A DNA stretch of 42,383 bases from the NCBI GenBank assembly GCA_001275005.1, contig JWZX01002772.1, positions 1-42,383 of the forward strand, given 5' to 3'. The stretch is from Chrysochromulina tobinii (lineage: Eukaryota). This document shows positions 20,524 through 30,346 of the stretch, piece after piece. A program made the translations under genes and the position numbers. The notes under the pieces are model-generated. The model ran no database searches and had not been told where the DNA came from. It saw only the letters and a list, made by a program, of their open reading frames with translations. Within the stretch, counting starts at the first letter, position 1, and every line of letters begins with the position of its first letter.

Positions 20524-23375
20524 GCGAGCAGCTCATCGAGGAAGATGCACCGCTCATCGAGGAGTGCCTCCATCTTTTGCATCTTCTCGACCAGGATGCG
20601 AAACGGGCAGGTGGGCCCGTGGCCGCCGTCGGCGACGCTGCAGGCTTCGCACGCCCACGCATCGGCCCTCAGCTCCATGGGCATCGCCGGCGGTGCAATG
20701 CCACGGGCCTCGCCGATAGGCGTGTCCGCGTAGATCGTCAGGTGGTATTGGAGCGAAGCGCTCGGCTGGCCTGGACCCAGGTAGGGCACGAGCACGTGCG
20801 GCGTGCTGCCCGTCGGCAGCGTCGCCTCGAGCCAGATGCCATCTTTGGAGGCCGGGCCCACCGTAATGGCATTCGCGGGCAAATCGTCCGTCGAGGCACC
20901 GCTACCAAATTTGGGAAGTAGCGCCAAGCCGATGGCTGGGTAACGGCCGGACGTGGCGCCAATTGTCTCCAGGCACACGCGCACGCGTGCCAAGGTGGCG
21001 CCTTCCGTGCCCGTGGCGGCGCCTTCGGTGGGTAGAAGAGTGAAAGGGACGCGCTCATTCTGTCCAAAGCCGCGCAGGCTGGGCGCGGCCGCGGCCGTCG
21101 CGTAGCTGCCTACGACCCGCATCGTGTGCCAGTCGTCCGCGACGCTCAGCGGCTCGAGTGTGATGTCGGGCACGCCGTCGTCATTGTAGTCGTCCACCAG
21201 GAGCTTGAGCGAGAACTTGGACTCGGCCCCCGGGGTGGCAAGGTAAGGGATGAGCAGGTACGACGAGCCGTTCGCCTGCGTCGCATCGAGGCGGGTCGAG
21301 CCGTGCACGCGCCGAGCGAGCTTCGGCTCGACCTCGAAGACGACGTCCGAGTGGTTGGGCACGCGCAGCTTGCGACGGCGCGCGTCCGGCGGCGCGTCCG
21401 ACTTGATGAGCAGTAGGCCCATTGGTGGCGTCGTGCCGGGCGCGCCCTCGAGGCGCGGGTCGGGGAGCGAGAGCTCGAAGGTGATCTGCATGGGACGCGG
21501 CAGTGTGAGGCGCCACTGGTAATTCTCGCGGAACGAGGTGAAGCTCGGGCCGCCGCCAGCCGTTACATCCATCCAGCGCGACTTGATCGTGAAGCTGGTC
21601 CACCGGTCGTCCGCGACGCGCGTCGCAAAGGCCGACGAGAAGTGGGCGGCGAAGTCGGAGAACTCCATCCAGAATGTGCCGTCCTGCTGATCCCGCCGGT
21701 AGTCCAGCTGCTGCTTCAGATTGTTCGTCCACGCCTTGTCATCATCCGACCACTTGCCCGTCCACTCGGTCTCGGCCGCGAAGCCTCTGAGCTTCATGAG
21801 CCTTCCCTGGGGCGTACCCGCCGAGACGAGGACGCAGTACGTTCGGTCCGTCCGGAGGCCAAGCTGCGTCGCCGCGGCGGCGCGCGCGCTGCTCCCGTCG
21901 CAGCGCGCGCACACCGCCTGGTCCGTCGCACCTGATGAGGGAGGCCATCAAGAGGCCATCAGTGGCAATCAGCAGGCAATCAGCAAGCACCCCACGCGGT
22001 CCGGCCGTGGTCCGTCGCACCGCATTCACAGTCACAGTCACATTCGCATTCACAGTCACAGTCACATTCGCGTCGCACCGCATTCCTGCAGCGTCTGCCA
22101 GAGCGCATCAAGGTGCTTCGGAGTGGGGAGACCATCTGGCGGCATCTCGAGCACCCGCGCCTTGCCTCCAGTTACGAGCTCAAGACCACGCAGCACGGCC
22201 TCGCTGCTGCTGCTGCCCGTGGGTGCGTCGCCGCCCATCAGAGCGGGCGGCACCGTGGCGAGCTTGCTGTATGAGCCGTACCGCTTGGCGACCGCCTTCT
22301 CGACAATCGCCGCCCATAGCGCGCCCTCCCGCGCGCCACGCACAAAGGCCGGGAGGCCGTCGGCGGCGCACGGAAGCCGATCGTCGACTGTGACGACGGC
22401 CCAGTCGTCGTCCGAGTTCGGGTCCTCCACCCACAGCCGGACGAGGTAGAAGCCCTCCTTTGCATGCGACGAGTCCACGAAGAGGCGAGAGGTGACGCCC
22501 GGCGTGCCCCCGACGACATTGAGGGCGCCTACGAGCCATTCGTTCTCGAGAGTGCCCATCTTGAGGCCCACCTTCTCGGCGTTCTGGAGGTTGAGCTTGA
22601 AGCCCGGCTCGATCTCGTCTGGTCGCCTCCAGGACGCGACACCGAGCGCCGCCGCGGGCGCTCCGAGTGCGGCGTCGGACGGACTGAAGGCGGGATCCTC
22701 GAACTTCCCACTGCGGGACGTAGAAGCTGCCGAGAGCGCTGTCTCGATGGCGCGGTTCGCGTCGTCCTTGAGCTTGCGGCTGAGACCCTGGCCGATCGTC
22801 TCGACCACGGGCCTGTTGTCCGGCGCGGGGCCGTCGCGCACACTCATCTTCGAGAGCGGCGCAACAGGGCCGCCTGTACTTGGCACGGCGCCGAACGGAT
22901 CGAGCTTCTTGCCGGCTTGTGTGCCCGGACCCGAGGCCGCAGCAGCGCCCGCGCTGCCGACGACGTTCTCGTTCAGCGAGACGACGCGCACGTCGGGGTC
23001 CTCCTCGGAGGTGACTGAGATGGTGAAGCTGCCCTCCATGCCCGCATCCTGCGGCGCAGCGAATGCCACGTATGGCAGGCCACCTTTGCGCGGCGGCAGC
23101 TGTAGCGAGAGCGAGCGCCGCTCGCTCGTGGAGAGGTTGGTCTTCTCGACCATGCCGACAAAGTCTGTCATGCGTCCGTCCAACTTCTCACCCTTCATCA
23201 CCCACGCGCCGAAGCGGAACTTGGCCTCGAGGTCTTGCCGCACGAACTCGATATGGTACGTGGCATTTTCGACGCTTGGGTATATGGCAAACTGCGGATT
23301 GTTGATGCACGTCTCCGCTGGCGGGGCGCCGCCACTCAGCAGCGGAGCAGTCCACTTGCCCTCGAGGGTCGGCAT
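20496..23375 (-). CDS. Calpain-like protein (domain III - CysPc - domain III-like), catalytically inactive; intron 22078..21932
   Basis: NNPQF domain III; CysPc hallmarks FEDPAF, WRRPDEI, VDDRLP, LWAAIVEKAVAKRYGSY, LELVTGG, EWTGKWSD, DGTFWMEFSDF; then WMDVTAGG...NYQW. Intron removal gives in-frame EC-G|-ATDQAVC. Confidence 0.85.
21932..22078 (-). other. Spliceosomal intron (147 nt) with nested exon duplications, (GTGACT)n and CTGAT(T/G)GCC repeats, ending CCTCATCAG
   Basis: GT..AG boundaries; phase-1 joining of ORFs 22062..23393 and 20496..21914. Confidence 0.85.
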
Positions 23376-23598
23376 GCCGCGCGAAAGGGCCAACCGCCAG
23401 CCCTCTGCACCGGGTCACTCGCAATTCACACCAACCGGAAACAATGAGGCGCGCGTGGCGCGCGCGCGTGACCCGATCTGAAACCTCTCACCAGGCAACT
23501 TTTACTGGCCAGTCGGCGGGAGGCTCGGGTTTTAATGCAGCAGGCGCCCTAGCAGTCGTTCTAGCAGTCGCTCCTGAGAGAATTCCTTTCGGCTTTCT

Positions 23599-24292
23599 AT
23601 GTCCGCCCTTGAGCTCGTCGGACGAGAGCTCGTGCACATGCTTGGCAGCGGCAAGATGCGCCAGCTCGTAAAGGTCACTCGGTCAGATGCGCCCGTGGTC
23701 AGCTCGGATGGCTCCGTGCTCTTCTACTCTGCCACGGGCGACCCTGAGTCTTTGGCCTCTTTGTCGGTGCTGCATATCGCAAGCGGAAGAGTCAACCCGA
23801 TGGCCAACCTACATAGCTTGGGAGCCATGGCCATGGACCCATCAACGGGCGATCTCATCGCCGCCAATCATACATCCCGCACGGTGGTGCGGATCAGGCT
23901 TCACTTTCCAGACCCGCTGGACAGCTTGGTCGCAGCGCCAATCCCAACCCCGACGGGCAGCCTGGTCGCAGCACGCGGGCTAGGCGGTCGGCCGCTCAAG
24001 AGGCCCAACGGTATCACGGTGCGCAGCGACGGGCTTGTCTACTTTACAGACGCTGTAGGTCTTACAGACCAGCACGGCCCTAACGGCCCTAACGGCCGAG
24101 CGCCTCGGCCATGGACACCGGACTTCGATGGGCCGGTGGATGCGCCGCTGAACATTGCCATCTACTCAACCCGAGGAATGTTTGGCACCGACGGCCGCGA
24201 TGACAGCAGCAGCAGCAGCAGCGGTGGCAGCAGCGGTGGCAGCAGCAGCAGCAGCGGTGGCAGCAGCAGCAGCAGCGGCGGCAGCAGCAGCA

Positions 24293-24324
<32 letters not shown>

Positions 24325-24746
24325 AGCGGCAGCAGCGGCAGCAGCAGCAGCAGCAGCGGCAGCAGCAGCATTTCGGTCGAGGCGCAAGTGGAGGCGATCT
24401 ATGAATGGCCCGGGTACCCCCACGGTTTGGCCTTGTCACCCGACGAGAGCACGATGTACGTCACGCGCACCCACCCTTCGGGCTTGGATGCATTTGAAGT
24501 GTACCCGGATGGCAGCCTTCATCGCCGGAGGCAGCTGGTGGCCTCGACGATGCTCGACGTGGCCCAAGGTCTAAGTGTCGCACCGAGCGGGATACTCTTC
24601 ATTGCATGCGGCACGAGCATTGGTGCGTACGAGCCGAGCACCGGCGCACTTGCCTCCCTCGAGATGCCCGGAACGGCGCCCGGCAGCCGCCAGGGAGGCG
24701 CGTTCGGGCCGCTGCATGGCGTTGCGTACAGCAGTCGGTCGCCTTA

Positions 24747-24777
<31 letters not shown>

Positions 24778-25041
24778 GGCGGCAGCAGCACCTTGTATTT
24801 GACGGGTGCTGGTGGGGTATGGGCTCTTTCCCTGGGCTCTGGGCCTCGCTTCGACCATGAGTCTACCCAGCCCCCTGATGTCGTGGCGAACGTCCTGGTC
24901 CTATGCCTCCTGGTCGCGGCCATTCAGAGCATGCGCCGGTGGCGGCTGGCGCGTCGCGCTGATGATGGCTTTGACGAGGACAACCCGTTCAACCTGAGGA
25001 ACGGGATGGCGAGGCGGCTGCGCTGGCGCGCGTCGCGCTAA
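23599..25041 (+). CDS. SMP-30/gluconolactonase-family beta-propeller with poly-Ser/Gly inserts and C-terminal TM helix
   Basis: LKRPNGITVRSDGLVYFTD, PHGLALSPDESTMYV and AQGLSV motifs; (AGC/GGC)n tracts around 24204-24370 and 24748-24790; TM NVLVLCLLVAAI. Confidence 0.8.
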
Positions 25042-25814
25042 TCGTGGCCATTTCACATCGTCCCGGACTTCTCCTTTCCCCGAGACGGTGTGACGTGTGT
25101 GTGCGTTGGACGGCGGGCCAGAGCCGATTCAGCGAATAGCGAGAGGTTGGCAATGTGCATGTCGTCACGCCATCGGCCAACCCGTGGCATGCACGGCATA
25201 CGCCATCCCACCCCACCATGAGCGCGTGGGGGGCCGCCCGGGGCCGACCCGGCGCGGCCAGATGCAGATCTGGATCCGACCTACGACCTTCGCTTAGGTA
25301 CGGTACCACACCGCCGCGTGTTGTGACCGTGTTGAGCTTTTGTGCTAGGCTAGAAGCCGGCGTCGAGCAGGTTCGGGCGTTCGTCGCCGGTTCCTTGATA
25401 CCTTCGCGTTATTGAAATTCGATACCCCACAGCCCACGAGCATTCGACGTTCGCGAGTCACCCGACTTTTTCTCAGTACTAAGACGACGGAGACGTCAAG
25501 CGGACGAGACGTCCCCGCGCCGCGGCAGCGGGGCCAGCGCGCGAGAACCCCGGTCGAGCCGCGCCGCGCCCACCGGGCTCCAGGATTAATTTTCCGCCAC
25601 TGACCACATGTAATGGCATGACACGGTACTACGCTATCGGACTCGTGAACACTAACACTTCACTGATACACTCCACCGCGCTATTGAACGGCGGCACGCA
25701 CGGATTCGCCGCGTACCATACAGCGTACTTACTACTTTTTTAACGCACGCAAGTCGGACGCTCGGACCCCCGGACAACACCGCATCCACGGAGGATCACT
25801 GGAAGTAGAGAACT

Positions 25815-26999
25815 CTAGAAGAGTCCACGGCGTGACGTCGTGACCTCGCCGCTCGCTCTAATGGTACGGACTCGTGAGACCTCTCGCTCCCCCTCAGTGG
25901 GAGCGAACGGGCTTTTCACTAGTAGAGTTCTGACCGTCGTGACGGCTTCCGACTCACCGACGGCATTTCCGACAGCTGCCGACTCTTCCAACTCGTCGCT
26001 CCCATCGAACCTGTAACCGGGGATTTGCTCGACGATCGTCTTCTCGGCATCCATGATGTAACTCTCCATCGGAAGATCATTCGCGTCGTTGCCAAACGGC
26101 TGCTCGATCTCAACGGCCATCTGCTCGATGGAGAGAAAGAGGAAGGCCAGAAGGGAGTGGGCGGGCACTGCGAGCCAGCCAAACTTGCCCACGAGCGCAA
26201 ACGGCAGCGTGAGAAGCCACACGATCAGAAAGGAGCGCAGCGTGGTTACATAGCTGTACACCATCGGCGTGTCTCGGATCTTCAAGCAGTTCTGAAACGC
26301 GTGGTTGATTTCCTGGAGCTGTTGGGACGTCTCGTCATAGTGCGAAATCGACATGCCTTTCCTAGCACCGGCTGCAGTCTCGTCGGGCAGGTTGCTCCGC
26401 ACGGTGCTCAAGACCTCCTTGAGAGCCATCAGTGGCGGGTTGTGCGATCGGTTCAGCTTGCACACGAACACCCAATCCATCCGACCGCCGCACTCTTCCT
26501 GAACGATTTTCCCCCCTCGTAGATGCGCCTTGCACGCCATCAGCATCGCCATCAGCTGCATCAGGACAAGCTCGGTGGCCTCCGGGCTGCGCAGGATCGG
26601 CGCGGTGCACGCAGCAATATTGCAGGCAGATGATTTGATCGTCTGCCACGTGCACCGCGCTTCCCACCATCTGTTCATCGAGGCGTCAGTCCGCATGACG
26701 ACGAGGAAGGAGAGGGCACTGCCCATGACGACGTGCGCGTCTAGCGGCATGTCAAAGTACTCTGTATGATGCGGAAAGTAAGCCACGTAGCAGCAGCCGA
26801 GGGTGGTGGCTATGGTAGATATCATCCATGGCCAGAACATGAAGTCGCCGACGCGGTACGAGATGGTGGGCAGCCAAAATAACGGCTCGTACACGTTGAA
26901 CTCGGACAGGGCTTCTTGATAGTACTCGGTAGACAGCCACTTGATGTCCTGAGGTAGCAGCGCGAGGCGTGCCGGCACGTTCTTGGGGTACTCTGCCAT
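25815..26999 (-). CDS. Bestrophin-like (UPF0187/YneE-type) anion channel
   Basis: LSFLVVMRTDASMNRWWEAR, KIRDTPMVYSY, WLLTLPFAL and IEQMAVEIEQPFGNDANDLP. Confidence 0.9.
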   Translation of the reverse strand: MAEYPKNVPARLALLPQDIKWLSTEYYQEALSEFNVYEPLFWLPTISYRVGDFMFWPWMISTIATTLGCCYVAYFPHHTEYFDMPLDAHVVMGSALSFLVVMRTDASMNRWWEARCTWQTIKSSACNIAACTAPILRSPEATELVLMQLMAMLMACKAHLRGGKIVQEECGGRMDWVFVCKLNRSHNPPLMALKEVLSTVRSNLPDETAAGARKGMSISHYDETSQQLQEINHAFQNCLKIRDTPMVYSYVTTLRSFLIVWLLTLPFALVGKFGWLAVPAHSLLAFLFLSIEQMAVEIEQPFGNDANDLPMESYIMDAEKTIVEQIPGYRFDGSDELEESAAVGNAVGESEAVTTVRTLLVKSPFAPTEGEREVSRVRTIRASGEVTTSRRGLF

Positions 27000-27306
27000 G
27001 GTGGTGAGTCAAATTCAATGCTCTTCAAAATCAAGATAAACGTCCATTTGCTTGTTCAGAACCGGTGAAAGCAATTATGATTCATACCCGGTAATTGTTT
27101 TGACTAATTAGGACCCGCGCGGAAAGGTCATTACAATAGTACCTTAGTACGCACAAAAGGGCCCGCGTGCGACTGTCTTCTTTGCGTTGCATTGTTGCGA
27201 TGACTTCAGAATTATTCTTGCCACCAAGCAAGCGCGCCCCGGGTTTTACAGTCAAACCCACACATACCCGGTAAAAAGACACCGGGGGGAGCCGGTACAT
27301 ACCCAA

Positions 27307-27387
27307 ACATATCTAAACAAGTCAAGTCAAGTCAACGTTGAATTGAACACGTGAGATTGACTTGACTTGACTTGACTTGACATATCT
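27307..27387. repeat. (AAGTC)n...(GACTT)n foldback flanked by an 8-bp direct repeat ACATATCT
   Basis: CAAGTCAAGTCAAGTCAA 27318-27335; TTGACTTGAC... 27357-27379; ACATATCT at 27307 and 27380. Confidence 0.75.
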
Positions 27388-27438
27388 TAACCAGCGAAAA
27401 GGGCGGCCCGACACTCCGGTAAACACGCTGCGTGGAGG

Positions 27439-28869
27439 CTAGCGCGACCGGCATCCCAGGCTCCCACTTAGTGAACGGGGCGCGGATACGTAAATTGGTT
27501 TCGAATACTCTATAGGCTCGGGTGTAATATGCAGAAAAGACCCTTCGCCTTCTTACTAGCTTGTAGCACTACATTGTACTTGTACGGAAACCGAGGGGAG
27601 CGCGACCGGCATCCCAGGCTCCCACTTAGTGAACGGGGCGCGGATATGTAAATTGGTTTCGAATACTCTAATGGCGAGGGGATTATCTTAACACTAGGCT
27701 AGGGGGGCTAACAAAGGATCTTGCCAACCAGCTCAGAATGCCTTTTTACATGTCGCACATCCAAATACTTTTATACATGTATAGCCCACAGGTTACATGT
27801 AACGTGGTGTGTGACGGTGGTCATGGACCCGGTAATCGTTCGGTATTTCACGCCATGGGGAATTCGATGGTCGTGATGGGCGGAGAGCCATGCTTTCCGC
27901 TCGATCGCATGCCGTCGGCGAGGAAGAATCGGCTGGCTATGAATGCACAAACATTCACACTAACTTCACAGCCGACTGGGCCAGACTGAGCGGGCGATCT
28001 CGGTCTATTTCACGATGCTGACTCATGCTCTTGCTGTCGTCCTGCGTCCTGCACATGATCTTGGTAACGTCGGCCGGCAGACACCTCGCGTTTCCTTATT
28101 TAAAGGAACACTCCCCTGCCCGAAACCAACTCCCATGGAAAACACACGAAAAAACTAAAAAAACTCCAAAACTCCAAAAACTCTCGACCTCGGCGTCTCG
28201 TTGCAGGGAACTCTCGACCTCGGCGTCTCGTTGCAGGGATGTATAATTTTTCGAATACTCTAATGGCTAGCGGGGTCTGCCAGACGGGCTCATCGAAGCC
28301 GGCGGCACGCAGGAGGCGCCGGAGCGCCCGACGGGGCAGCCGAGCAACGCGGCTGATGACGCGGTCGTGCGCGTGCGGGTCCCTCGCCAGGAAGCGGATC
28401 TCCTCGGCGCTCACGTCGCCGTGGCCCTCGGTCGTCGCGAAGACTTCGACGTCGCTCGCGGCTTCCGACATGAAGTCGTCGACGGCGTACTCAGCGAGCG
28501 CGGCGAACTCCTCCGGAGCGTCGGCGGCCGCGGCAGCGGAGCTCATTGAGCCGAGGGTGTGGATGGCTGTAGGGGCGCGACGGGGCTCGAGAATTCGGGA
28601 GCGCTGCGAAAACAGAAAAGGAGAGTTTTCATTCGATATGGCATGCAATTCTCTCCGAGACATAGCGTGACCGGAGCAAAGGCTAGAGAAAAAGAAATAG
28701 GTATCTAAGTAGAGATTCAGGGAGGGGCGCCACCTATTAAAGGGAAGCCTCGCTCACTTTAGTCGAGGCCGGCGGAGTTGGTCGCCTAGCGCGACCGGCA
28801 TCCCGGGCTCCCACTTAGTGAACGGGGCGCGGATACGTAAATTGGTTTCGAATACTCTATAGGCTCGGG
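27439..28869. repeat. Three copies of a 72-bp repeat (27441-27512, 27599-27670, 28788-28859) plus a partial copy (~28237-28267)
   Basis: AGCGCGACCGGCATCCC(A/G)GGCTCCCACTTAGTGAACGGGGCGCGGATA(C/T)GTAAATTGGTTTCGAATACTCTA; 1-2 mismatches between copies. Confidence 0.95.
28100..28546 (-). CDS. Small acidic/helical hypothetical protein inside the repeat island
   Basis: ATG 28546 (MSSAAAAADAPEEF); GC-rich and coding-like to ~28270, then reads into the partial 72-bp repeat and a 2 x 30-bp tandem (28179-28238). Confidence 0.4.
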   Translation of the reverse strand: MSSAAAAADAPEEFAALAEYAVDDFMSEAASDVEVFATTEGHGDVSAEEIRFLARDPHAHDRVISRVARLPRRALRRLLRAAGFDEPVWQTPLAIRVFEKLYIPATRRRGREFPATRRRGREFLEFWSFFSFFVCFPWELVSGRGVFL

Positions 28870-29255
28870 GTAATCGACTTGTTAGAAAGAAACCAAACCG
28901 GTCTCTAGCTAAGGCGACAAGTCATGCTATGCCGAACTCAACAAATGCCATCCTCAGTCTCCCCCCCCAGCACGCCAGGAGGGTCATCGACCTAGGCAAA
29001 GATGTGTCTCGGGAGCAGCGGGCCCGTCATCAAGTGACACTCGGCGAAGAGTCCCCCGCGCCAGCAGAAGAGAATGAGCCCCAGGGGAGGAGGCGGATGA
29101 AGAGGAGAAAGATTACGATCATTAAGTAGACGGCGAGGCGGGCCCACGAATGAGCCGACGGTGCGTGTGTGTGAAGGGGCGGGGCACATGCTCACACCAT
29201 ACCATCCCCCTCGGGGGAGACGCAGAAGCAACACAGGCGGGGGTCGCGCCAGAGG

Positions 29256-29433
29256 CCCTGCTCCGGGGCCGTAGCTGACCGGGAGGCTCTCAGAGGGACA
29301 CTGGGCGAAGCGGCGCCTGTGGAAGCCAGAACGGAGCCCCCGAGGGGCACAAAGGGGCGCAAGCATAGCACGCACCAGCACCCCTGCTCCGGGGCCGTAG
29401 CTTGCCGGGAGACTCTCAGAGGGGGACTGGGCG
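29256..29433. repeat. 52-bp imperfect direct repeat pair downstream of the TV-Pol ORF
   Basis: CCCTGCTCCGGGGCCGTAGCT...CTCTCAGAGGG..ACTGGGCG at 29256-29307 and 29382-29433. Confidence 0.85.
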
Positions 29434-29480
29434 GGTTAAGCTTGCGGGGGGTCATGGGTTCGGGGGGGCATTAGGGCGCA

Positions 29481-30310
29481 TTAGAGCGCGTCCACATCCG
29501 CAACACTGTTCCGGTCATCCTCCGAGTCACCAGGGTCGAATTGAAAGGGTTTCTCCTCAACGGGCTGCGCATAGCCAAGCGCCGCGGTGCACACCTCCGT
29601 CAAGGCAGCACATGCATCCGTAGGGGTCATGCCTTGGGAGAGTACCATGACAACACCATCATGTTGTAAGCTCGTGATTTCCCCAGCGCCCCGCAGGCGT
29701 GACCAGGCAAGCTTCGCGGCGCGCGAGAGGCCTTCCGCCTCCTGAAGGAAGAAGGACTTGGCCGTGAGTGCAAACTTGTGCTCGCTATCGGGCTTGTGGA
29801 GTGAAAGCCAAGCGCGGACAAAGGCGACCAGTGTGGGCATTCGACGAGTGAACTCGCCTGTCAGAGCGCGGCGGCTATCCTGGTAAGCTCGGAGGCTGAA
29901 GACCTCCCCGTCCGTCCCGACCGCAAAGGGGGGCATTTGCATCATCGCCGGGCACCCCTGGCGTCGTTCCCAAGCTTCCAGGGAGCCATCATTATCAAGG
30001 GCATTGAACAGGTCTTTCGCGGCTTTGCGGCGCACAGGTGCTGGGACATGGGGTCCGAGGAAGAAGAGCCCAACCTCAGCGAGAACTTGCTCACGGTGCG
30101 TAAGGAACAGTCTGGACTGTTCACGCCCCGATTGGAACACATCAAGGCATGCGCGAGGGTAGGAGGCCGAGTCATCCAGGTCATGACCGTGGCCAGCGAA
30201 GGCAACATCACGCAGGGCACGCGGGAGTCGGAAGGGATCTACATCCCCTCGGAGGGCGTACTCGCGAGCGGTACATATGAATCCCCCCGGTGTATTTTCC
30301 GCGAAGCGTC
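29481..30310 (-). pseudogene. 5'-truncated TV-Pol (transposon/viral family-A-like DNA polymerase/primase) domain
   Basis: AREYA..DPFRLPRALRD (GRxYA..LQxLP..R-like), motif A DLDDSASYP, motif B RRKAAKDLFNAL..DG, LQEAE, motif C LQHDG, terminal EEKPF. The upstream frame closes at TGA 30420-30422. Confidence 0.7.
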
Positions 30311-30346
30311 CCTGCATCTTTCTTGTGGACTGGATCTTTCCGATCG

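Larger units (their letters stand above)
27080..30310. mobile_element. Repeat-rich island, probably a decayed or composite mobile element carrying a TV-Pol fragment
   Basis: Partly AT-richer; multiple direct and inverted repeats; a truncated polymerase ORF and a small ORF; lies between two host-like genes. Boundaries approximate. Confidence 0.55.

Noticed and set aside
27439..27670. 72-bp repeats as CRISPR, ribozymes or Helitron 3' ends
   Set aside because: Too long and too few for CRISPR; no CUGANGA/GAAA or HDV core could be fitted; the terminal CTAG is absent in copy 2 and is not followed by T.
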